In this document: one piece after another, positions 25,460 to 32,000 of the stretch
Layout: each line of letters starts with the position of its first letter
Numbering within the stretch: position 1 is the first letter of the stretch
Source of the DNA: Breznakia blatticola
GTDB taxonomy: Bacteria; Bacillota_I; Bacilli_A; Erysipelotrichales; Erysipelotrichaceae
Length of the DNA: 32,000 bases
Assembly (NCBI RefSeq): GCF_004365815.1
Contig: NZ_SODD01000024.1
Span: forward strand, 1-32,000
Reading direction: 5' to 3'
Notes under the pieces: model-generated
What the model saw: the letters and a program-made list of their open reading frames with translations, nothing else
Told to the model about the DNA's origin: nothing
The model's database searches: none
Program-made: the position numbers and the translations under genes

Positions 25460-26302
25460 TTAGATATTTTTAAATAGGCTAATTTTCTTCTCAACTACAT
25501 TAGTAATTGCTTCTAAAGCAGGCATAACATTATCTCTATTGGATACATTTTCTGCATGACTATCATATAATTCAGTTGATAACCTATTCCATGTCACAAG
25601 AAGTTCTGTTCCTACATTGAATTTTCTAATTCCTTGTTGGATTACTTTCTTTACATCTTCGTCTTTTACTCCAGTTCCACCATGGATAACTAAAGGAATT
25701 TCAACTACTTCTTTAATTTCTTGTAAGCGTTCAAAACTAATATTAGTTTTTGCTTTATATGAACCATGTGAAGTACCTACAGCGATTGCAAGTGCATCAA
25801 CACCTGTTTGCTTTACAAATTCAATTGCATCTTGTGGATTAGTATAATGAATATCTTGTTCTGCAACTTCGATTCCATCTTCAGTTCCACCTACTGTACC
25901 TAATTCACCTTCAACACTTACATTGAATTTTTTTGCGTAATCAACAACTCTTTTAGTTCCTAAAATATTCTCTTTTAATGGTAATGATGATCCATCAAAC
26001 ATAACTGAGCTATATCCTGCGTCAATTGCTTTTTTGATTTCATTGAAATCTTTAGCATGATCTAAATGTAATACAACATTTACGCCATAAGTTTCACCCA
26101 TTGCCTTACAAACTGACACTAAGTTTTCATGTCCAATAAAGTTAGCTGTTCCACAGCTAGTTTGAATAATTACAGGAGTTTTTTGATTTACTGCTGCTTG
26201 TATTATAGCTGGTAACATTTCTAAGTTATGTGTGTTAAATGCTCCTATTGCCATATTTAATTCGTTTGCTTCTTTTAATACTTCTCTTAAATTTGTATAC
26301 AT
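25460..26302 (-). CDS. Class II ketose-bisphosphate aldolase (fructose/tagatose-bisphosphate aldolase family, GatY/KbaY-like)
   Basis: AIGAFNTHNLEMLPAIIQAA, VVLHLDHAKDF, GELGTVGG, IAVGTSHGSYK, LVIHGGTG, which are the Zn ligands and phosphate-binding motifs of class II aldolases. Confidence 0.85.
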   Translation of the reverse strand: MYTNLREVLKEANELNMAIGAFNTHNLEMLPAIIQAAVNQKTPVIIQTSCGTANFIGHENLVSVCKAMGETYGVNVVLHLDHAKDFNEIKKAIDAGYSSVMFDGSSLPLKENILGTKRVVDYAKKFNVSVEGELGTVGGTEDGIEVAEQDIHYTNPQDAIEFVKQTGVDALAIAVGTSHGSYKAKTNISFERLQEIKEVVEIPLVIHGGTGVKDEDVKKVIQQGIRKFNVGTELLVTWNRLSTELYDSHAENVSNRDNVMPALEAITNVVEKKISLFKNI

Positions 26303-26679
26303 TAAATTTTTCCTCTTATTACATCTTTTGATAACTGCATTAATGAATCAATCTTATTCAAATAATATTGAATTTGATCATTGTCTTTACTTTCAGCCGC
26401 TTCGCGGCGTTTGACATTGTATAAACTCATTAAGCGGTTATAATTAGCCCCTAATGTTTTATCTATATCTAAACATTTTTCATAGTAGTTGATTGCGTCA
26501 TCATAGTTTTTAAGTAATTCATATTGTTTAGCAATATCAGCATAAGCTTGCCCATTAGAATCATCACTAAGTTCACTTTTAAGTTTCTCTATTTCTTTCG
26601 TGAGTGCTTCTACATCTATTTCAACTACTTCTTCTTGCCTAACCTCTACTTTTTTCTTTTCCTTCTTTTTAAAAAACAT
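26302..26679 (-). CDS. Small hypothetical protein with a Lys/Glu-rich N-terminus and one or two TPR-like repeats
   Basis: 125 aa. MFFKKKEKKKVEVRQEEVVEIDVEAL.. then AYADIAKQYELLKNYDDAINYYEKCLDIDK (TPR-like). Its stop overlaps the aldolase start (TAATG). No good SD at canonical distance. Confidence 0.5.
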   Translation of the reverse strand: MFFKKKEKKKVEVRQEEVVEIDVEALTKEIEKLKSELSDDSNGQAYADIAKQYELLKNYDDAINYYEKCLDIDKTLGANYNRLMSLYNVKRREAAESKDNDQIQYYLNKIDSLMQLSKDVIRGKI

Positions 26680-26688
26680 GTAATCTTA

Positions 26689-27975
26689 TTACACTCCCAT
26701 CATTTTAAATAATGGTAATAATAACCAAGCATATAATAATGCAGCTGCTACAGTATCAACATCAGTTGCTGTTGCATTAATAAATCCTAATCCATTGAAG
26801 ATACCAACAAGTAATGCAGGTAATAATGTAATGAAGAAACCATGACAAATTCCTGAGATAATTGCTCCTCTACGTCCTCCTGTTGCATTTCCAAAGATAC
26901 CAGCTGTTCCTCCGGCAAAGAAGTTTGTTAACATACCTGGTAAAATCATTGGTAAACTAAATACTGGTAAGACAAACATTGCAACGACACTACCAATTGT
27001 TGTTGAAACAAATCCAACGATTACTGCATTTGGTGCGTATGGGAATAATACTGGACAATCAAGAGCAGGAATTGCATTTGGCACAACTTTCATTGCAATA
27101 CCTCTAAATGCAGGTACGATTTCTCCAAGAAGTAAACGAACCCCAGATAACAATACATATACACCAACTACAAATTGAATTGCTTGTAAGAATGCATGCA
27201 TTAAGTAGTTTGTACTTCCTGCAAATTGAGCACAGAATTCTGGTCCAGCAAATGCTGCAGTAATAACGAACATTGGAACCATAACTACCATTACTGATAA
27301 GTATGTATCTTGTAAGAATTCAAATCCTTTTGGTAATTTTAAATCTTCTGTAGATTTACTTGGATCTCCAACAAGTTTTGATACACCTGCAGTAAACATA
27401 TATCCAATTGTACAAAAGTGACCTAAGGCAATATCATTACTGCCGGTAATCTTTCGAATAATAGGTTGGGCAATTGCTGGCATTGCTACTGCGAAAATTC
27501 CACCAATAATACCACCAACTAAAATTAATGGGAATCCTCTTAATCCTGCAAAGTAACCAAATACTGTACACATTGTAGCCATCCAAAGGATCGCTTGTCC
27601 TGTTAAGAAGATGTATTTCCATTTTGTGAATCTTGCGATTAAAATATTACAAATAAAGATAGCTAAGAATGTTAAGGCAATTTGACTTCCTAAACCTAAA
27701 TCATTCATTGCTTGTCCATTAATTGATTCTATAGAAGGGATAATACCTTCCATTCCAAATCCTTCAGTAAATATTTGACCAAAGTATGTTAACGCTTGAA
27801 CAATAATACTTGAACCAGCCGATAATACTTGGAACCCTAATAATGTTTTTAATGTACCAGAGATAACATTACCTACTGGTTTTTTCTGTAAGATTAATCC
27901 TGCCATCGCAATTAATGCAATCGTAATTGCTGCTTGTGTCAGAATATTGTTAATAATAAAATTTACTACTTCCAT
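26689..27975 (-). CDS. PTS ascorbate-family EIIC permease (UlaA/SgaT-like)
   Basis: 428 aa, multi-TM. N-terminus MEVVNFIINNILTQAAITIALIAMAGLILQKKP and overall layout are typical of UlaA/SgaT. AAGGAGAA RBS. Confidence 0.85.
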   Translation of the reverse strand: MEVVNFIINNILTQAAITIALIAMAGLILQKKPVGNVISGTLKTLLGFQVLSAGSSIIVQALTYFGQIFTEGFGMEGIIPSIESINGQAMNDLGLGSQIALTFLAIFICNILIARFTKWKYIFLTGQAILWMATMCTVFGYFAGLRGFPLILVGGIIGGIFAVAMPAIAQPIIRKITGSNDIALGHFCTIGYMFTAGVSKLVGDPSKSTEDLKLPKGFEFLQDTYLSVMVVMVPMFVITAAFAGPEFCAQFAGSTNYLMHAFLQAIQFVVGVYVLLSGVRLLLGEIVPAFRGIAMKVVPNAIPALDCPVLFPYAPNAVIVGFVSTTIGSVVAMFVLPVFSLPMILPGMLTNFFAGGTAGIFGNATGGRRGAIISGICHGFFITLLPALLVGIFNGLGFINATATDVDTVAAALLYAWLLLPLFKMMGV

Positions 27976-27987
27976 TTTCTTCTCCTT

Positions 27988-28293
27988 CTATAAAACGCCT
28001 TTTGCTTTTAAAACAGGTGTTAGCTTTTCTTCAATTTCTTTTTTGCTAACGATGTTTTTCAAATAAATCATAGTTGTTTTAGATTCATCAATCGTATAAT
28101 TTGCAAACTGTGATCTAAAGTTCTCTGCTGTCATAATAATGTCTGGATTATATGATAATGCACTTGAAATATCACTGTGATCCAAATCAACTTGTACACC
28201 TAAACTGTTGATGACATCTTCTGTGGTCATTTGACAAGCAAAACTACTACCTAATCCAGCCCCACAGACCATTAAGATTTTTAAATTCGCCAT
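27988..28293 (-). CDS. PTS EIIB component (UlaB/lactose-type, Cys phosphorylation site)
   Basis: MANLKILMVCGAGLGSSFACQMT, the active-site Cys in a VCGxGxGSS loop. 101 aa. AAAGGAGAA RBS. Confidence 0.85.
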   Translation of the reverse strand: MANLKILMVCGAGLGSSFACQMTTEDVINSLGVQVDLDHSDISSALSYNPDIIMTAENFRSQFANYTIDESKTTMIYLKNIVSKKEIEEKLTPVLKAKGVL

Positions 28294-28320
28294 AACTTCT
28301 CCTTTCTGTTTCCCTCGAAA

Positions 28321-30423
28321 CTAATTTTTCTCAAATTCAAACAAGACTTTTTTAAACTCTTCTTTGTCTTTTATTGACACTAATTCTTCTATCTTCTTTT
28401 CTTCATTTATTAGTTTTACAATTGTTGCCATCATTTTAAGATGTGCATTGTCATCAATTGCAGCTAAACAAAATACCAACTTAACGGGATCGTGATCCTC
28501 GTGATTAAATGCTATTGGTGGATCTAAGGTTACTAAACTTATACCAAGTTCATTAACTCCCTCTTCTGGTCTAGCATGTGCTAAAGCGACGCCCTCACTA
28601 ATTACAATATAGGGGCCAAACTTATTAACGCTTTCTATCATTGCATCTACATAACACGGTTCAATAACCTTGTCCTTTAGTAGAGGATTTGCAACTTGCA
28701 CAATAACATCTTGCCAATCTTTTGCTTTCACATTTAACTGAATATACTCATCTTTTAATACATCACTAATCATTGGTTGATATCCTTTCTTCTTAAAATG
28801 AATTTCATGTTTTTCTAATACATTACCGATTTTTTCTGTAAGTAATGTTTTATTTAATCTTTCGTTATCTTTAAATATGCACTCGATAATATCTTCTAGT
28901 ACATCATGTTTTTCTATCTTCTTTGGAAAACTATGGAAATGTTGCTTGTTAAGGGCAATAAATGCTTCAATCTTTTCCTTATCCACTTGGTGTAACATTG
29001 GATTAATTTGCAAAGACGGAAGTGTATCAACTTCAACATTTGTAGTTTTCAATATAAAGTCTGCATTCATTCTCCTTGTTGCTTGTGCTTCATATGATCC
29101 AACAATTCCAATAACATCAAATTGATAAATACGCTTTACTCTTTGAGCAAGTAATTCTCCTGTTGCTAATCCATGTCCGCACATAATAATTACTCGATAT
29201 TTTTCTGATTGCATTGATTTCAGTTTTTCTTCACTTGCACCAAAATGAATGCACAAATAAGCAATTTCACTTTCTGATATATTGCGATTCTTAAATACAG
29301 GTAATTCATCTAATGATGCTTGAATATCTTCATATATTGATTGATATTCTTGTTTAACCATGTTTTTTAATGGATTATATATCTCTATATTTTCATCAAT
29401 TCTTTTCAACAAAGCAGCAAAGTGCTGTACTAAATTCTCAAATAAATTTGTATCTCTTTCGTAAGCAACACTTCTTTTTATTGACATACTTTCAATTAAC
29501 TCAATCATGAACATTTGTATCTTTACCCATTCTCTAGGTAATGTTTGCTTACGTTGAATATTCAAACTATCAACCATAAAATCTAAATAATTTCTCTCAT
29601 CACCAGGAACATTATTTATATTGAATATAGACAAAAATCGATCAACAATAAGTTCAGTATGCTCAGCACGATATTTCTTAATAAACCTATCATCTTCCCT
29701 TATAGAATTTTGATTGAAATATCTTGCTTTCCAAACACAGAAATATATCGACAACTGTAGAAAATACAATTCATTGTTTAATGATTCCTCAGAAAATGTT
29801 TTTCTCAAATCATGATAGATTGTGATTAAATCAGCTTGATTCAAGAAATTTAGAATTGAGGTAAACTTATCATTACTCAGTCGCTCTAAATCCTCATTAA
29901 TTAATTCTTGAATATCAATTTGGGTATTAATAATATTATTTACTAATAATCGAATGTAACCTTCACTTCCTGTAAGTGACAATCCTTCTTTATTATTACT
30001 AACAATGTCAATTCCAAATTCTTTACACCAACCACGTATACTTTTCATACTTTGGTCTATTGCCGACTTACTTACACCAAACAATTCCTGAAAATCCTGA
30101 GCTAGTATCTTATTTGAATTATCTAGAATATTAAAGAACATAATTACTTCTCGATCACTTTTGTTTTGATAAGGATCATCTTTTAAATATATATACTCTA
30201 AGATTCTCTTTTTCTCTTCTTCATCAACATTCAATAAAACACCTTTTCCACGTATTTTCTCAATCTGAGAAGCACCAATACTTTCTAGTAATACATTTGC
30301 ATCTTCTATTGCATACCGGACCAATCTATCTGATATACCATATGAAACAGCTAATTCGTTATAGGCATAAATTTTCTTTTCATTCAGCAACAAATTAATT
30401 ACATCAATTTCTCTACTCCGCAT
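28321..30423 (-). CDS. PRD-domain transcriptional activator (LicR/MtlR-like) with EIIB-like (Cys) and C-terminal EIIA-2 (His) domains
   Basis: HTH/Mga N-terminus, PRD helices (AYLCIHFGAS), EIIB-like YRVIIMCGHGLATGELL, and a C-terminal PTS EIIA-2 domain (GPYIVISEGVALAHARPEEGV). GAGGTGA RBS. Confidence 0.85.
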   Translation of the reverse strand: MRSREIDVINLLLNEKKIYAYNELAVSYGISDRLVRYAIEDANVLLESIGASQIEKIRGKGVLLNVDEEEKKRILEYIYLKDDPYQNKSDREVIMFFNILDNSNKILAQDFQELFGVSKSAIDQSMKSIRGWCKEFGIDIVSNNKEGLSLTGSEGYIRLLVNNIINTQIDIQELINEDLERLSNDKFTSILNFLNQADLITIYHDLRKTFSEESLNNELYFLQLSIYFCVWKARYFNQNSIREDDRFIKKYRAEHTELIVDRFLSIFNINNVPGDERNYLDFMVDSLNIQRKQTLPREWVKIQMFMIELIESMSIKRSVAYERDTNLFENLVQHFAALLKRIDENIEIYNPLKNMVKQEYQSIYEDIQASLDELPVFKNRNISESEIAYLCIHFGASEEKLKSMQSEKYRVIIMCGHGLATGELLAQRVKRIYQFDVIGIVGSYEAQATRRMNADFILKTTNVEVDTLPSLQINPMLHQVDKEKIEAFIALNKQHFHSFPKKIEKHDVLEDIIECIFKDNERLNKTLLTEKIGNVLEKHEIHFKKKGYQPMISDVLKDEYIQLNVKAKDWQDVIVQVANPLLKDKVIEPCYVDAMIESVNKFGPYIVISEGVALAHARPEEGVNELGISLVTLDPPIAFNHEDHDPVKLVFCLAAIDDNAHLKMMATIVKLINEEKKIEELVSIKDKEEFKKVLFEFEKN

Positions 30424-30510
30424 TGGGTCACCTCATACTTTCATTATATTTTTTACTGTCCATTAAAAAAGTAGAACATCTTTCCAAAAACTTTTGAAAT
30501 TTTCTACATA

Positions 30511-30546
30511 ACACAAAATGGACTTGAAATTTCTTTCAAGTCCATT
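30511..30546 (-). terminator. Rho-independent terminator downstream of the deaminase-family gene
   Basis: Perfect 13-bp stem aatggacttgaaa (30517-30529) / tttcaagtccatt (30534-30546) with a 4-nt loop. On the minus strand it is followed by TTTGTGTT. Confidence 0.7.
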
Positions 30547-30705
30547 ATCGTTTATATTTGGCTTTATTGTAATAAAGTTAGCATTATTAAGGAATTTGTA
30601 TAACTTTCGTTTTCATAAAACATTTTATACTACCTCTATAATTCAAATGCTAATCCAAGATATATTAAAATCCACAAGTTTTGTATCATTTTGTTTTCAT
30701 TGTCT

Positions 30706-32000
30706 TTACGAAATAAATGTTGTTTCATTAGATAGTACTGCTAAATATTTTATATAATCAAATACATCTTCAACATCTACTCCATTTTTTATCAAAGATA
30801 ATGCTATCAATGAATACTCATTATACAAATCTGTTCCAAATATTGCACTATCATCTGTATTTATAGTAGTTTGAATATGATGCTTCGTTCCATCTTCTAT
30901 ATATTTTGAATTAAATTTAAATAATGGTAAATTAATATATTTTTTTACTGAAGATATCTTCTTATTTGATGATGGATTAGTTTCAATAACTATTCTTTTA
31001 TTATATATTTTTTCCTTAATAATACCTTGAACATTTTTCACTGCTGTCATATATTGTTCTGTTGCAGTTATGCATAACTTTTCATCACCCTTTTTTTGTT
31101 GTTTATAAGAGAGATATTTCTTATATAAATATTTAGCATTTTTATTCTTATTTGCTTGTTTCCATCTTGGATTATCATAATTTTTATCTGTTTTTGTACG
31201 ATTCACTTCTTTAGTATCTATACTATTAGGATCATCACTACGTAAACTCATGCTATCTATATAGTTAGTCAGTTGTACAGTTTCTCCAAGTAATTCATAT
31301 GAAAATCTATCAAACTCAGCTAATAGCTCTGCATAGATTGAATCCGTATTGCTTATATAGCTAAGTAGCCATGCTAAATCATCCACATGTTTTTGTAAAG
31401 TTGTAATAATATAGTTTCTCTTAATCTTAAAATATTCGATGACATCAATACCTAAAGCAATTGCGTGACCTAGCCTATCTCCAGACTTAAGATTAATAAA
31501 TTCAATGCACTCATCAATAGCACGTATTCCACTAGCTAATGATGCAAACTCTTCCCCAACGTGATATGTTATTCCTAAATTATAATATTTCCCTATCATT
31601 TTTCTATGTCTTCGAAATGTTGGTCCATATACTTCCGGCGGGCAATTTAACTCAAAATTTGCAGTGTCAATTCCAACAATATGAGGTTGCTCCCTACTTT
31701 TTCTCTTACTAGAAAAATATTGATCAATTTTTTTATCTTCCTTAAGTTTTCTTCTTACTTGAAAGTTCCGTACTTCGTCTTTCTGTATTTTGTGATCTTC
31801 CTTAATATAATGAATCACTAATTTATAATCTATCTTTTTAACATTAGGATCTCTTTTTTTATAGAAACTATAAACCTTTTCATTTGCATCATCTAGTTGG
31901 TTAATCATTTCATTAATATCACTTGTCTTTTTAGGTGCTATTCTGAATTCAACTTTATGTGTAATTTTATCACAATAATATTTGTCAAAAATGCCAATAT
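30706..32000 (-). CDS. Large divergent adenosine/AMP-deaminase-family protein, 5'-partial (RADAR RdrB-like candidate)
   Basis: The frame is open from 31908 to the window edge (..IGIFDKYYCDKITHKVEFRIAPKKTSDINE-MINQ..). Ordered ADA motifs: IVGIDTANFE, TYHVGEEF, DRLGHAIAL, IETNPSSN, INTDDSAIFGTDLYNEY. About 160 aa are inserted between the GH and NPSSN motifs. Confidence 0.7.
   Translation of the reverse strand, partial: IGIFDKYYCDKITHKVEFRIAPKKTSDINEMINQLDDANEKVYSFYKKRDPNVKKIDYKLVIHYIKEDHKIQKDEVRNFQVRRKLKEDKKIDQYFSSKRKSREQPHIVGIDTANFELNCPPEVYGPTFRRHRKMIGKYYNLGITYHVGEEFASLASGIRAIDECIEFINLKSGDRLGHAIALGIDVIEYFKIKRNYIITTLQKHVDDLAWLLSYISNTDSIYAELLAEFDRFSYELLGETVQLTNYIDSMSLRSDDPNSIDTKEVNRTKTDKNYDNPRWKQANKNKNAKYLYKKYLSYKQQKKGDEKLCITATEQYMTAVKNVQGIIKEKIYNKRIVIETNPSSNKKISSVKKYINLPLFKFNSKYIEDGTKHHIQTTINTDDSAIFGTDLYNEYSLIALSLIKNGVDVEDVFDYIKYLAVLSNETTFIS

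Noticed and set aside
30481-30510. A weak palindrome (gtagaa..ttctac, caaaa-ac-ttttg) upstream of the PRD activator gene at 28321-30423.
   Set aside because: The arms are only 5-6 bp in very AT-rich sequence, and no second copy exists elsewhere in the window.
1922-30757. About 29 ORFs of 60-165 aa in the six-frame track, each on the strand opposite a long, well-supported gene or, for 27437..27622, on the same strand but out of frame with it. Examples: 1922-2131, 3747-4082, 4698-5195, 5322-5525, 5678-5983, 6307-6501, 7651-7833, 9459-9671, 10194-10680, 11020-11289, 12146-12331, 12740-12994, 13437-13682, 14230-14647, 15604-15906, 16098-16328, 17549-17785, 18544-18765, 19983-20228, 23605-23829, 25617-25847, 26232-26712, 27437-27622, 28877-29125, 30518-30757.
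   Set aside because: They are shadow ORFs typical of AT-rich genomes. They have low-complexity or odd composition (Ile/Phe/Ser/Cys-rich), no SD, no recognisable motifs, and lie fully or largely inside genes with strong family signatures.
1-32000. Search for CRISPR arrays, tRNA/rRNA genes, retron-like ncRNA or long tandem repeats.
   Set aside because: I saw no regularly spaced direct repeats, no cloverleaf-compatible GC-rich segments and no rRNA-like conserved blocks. The intergenic regions are short, or are explained by promoters, terminators and IS debris.

Overview
AT-rich, Firmicutes-like chromosomal segment. This is judged from AGGAGG-type ribosome-binding sites, frequent extended -10 promoters, abundant PTS genes, and almost all genes lying on the minus strand. 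Most of the window is carbohydrate-utilisation DNA. (i) 0.8-8.2 kb holds a PRD regulator, a mannose-family PTS operon (EIIA, EIIB, a fused EIIC-EIID, an SIS enzyme) and two tandem HutC/GntR regulators. (ii) 8.3-10.2 kb holds a GNAT acetyltransferase and a MATE exporter. (iii) 10.3-17.3 kb looks like a fructosamine (Amadori product) locus: FrlB-like deglycase, FrlC-like TIM-barrel epimerase, HAD phosphatase, a second complete mannose-family PTS, a DeoC-like aldolase and a separately transcribed SIS paralogue. (iv) 17.5-18.8 kb encodes a secreted, tail-anchored alpha/beta hydrolase. (v) 23.9-30.4 kb is an ascorbate-family (UlaA/UlaB-type) PTS operon with a PRD/EIIA regulator, a class II aldolase, a PfkB kinase, a P-loop kinase and a small TPR protein. 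Three conflict-type elements sit among these loci. At the left edge (63-680) is a decayed TOTE-type AEP primase fragment. At 19.1-22.5 kb is an AT-rich two-gene cassette: a RecQ-like helicase fused to a ComFC-type PRTase, plus a DprA/SLOG-like partner. I read this as PsyrTA/RqlHI-type rather than new; it lies next to a gene-fragment region and a truncated IS3 element at 22.5-23.8 kb. Running off the right edge (30706-32000) is a large divergent adenosine-deaminase-family gene with a roughly 160-residue insertion, resembling RADAR RdrB. The non-coding observations I trust most are three. Four promoters share a bipartite motif (TGGTATAWW-N9-AAGWGGWT). An 8-mer TTTCCGCA occurs three times around the first PTS promoter. 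A good cre-like site overlaps the promoter of the frl-like operon. I saw no rRNA, tRNA or CRISPR array. All family assignments come from motif recognition by eye and need HMM or BLAST confirmation.
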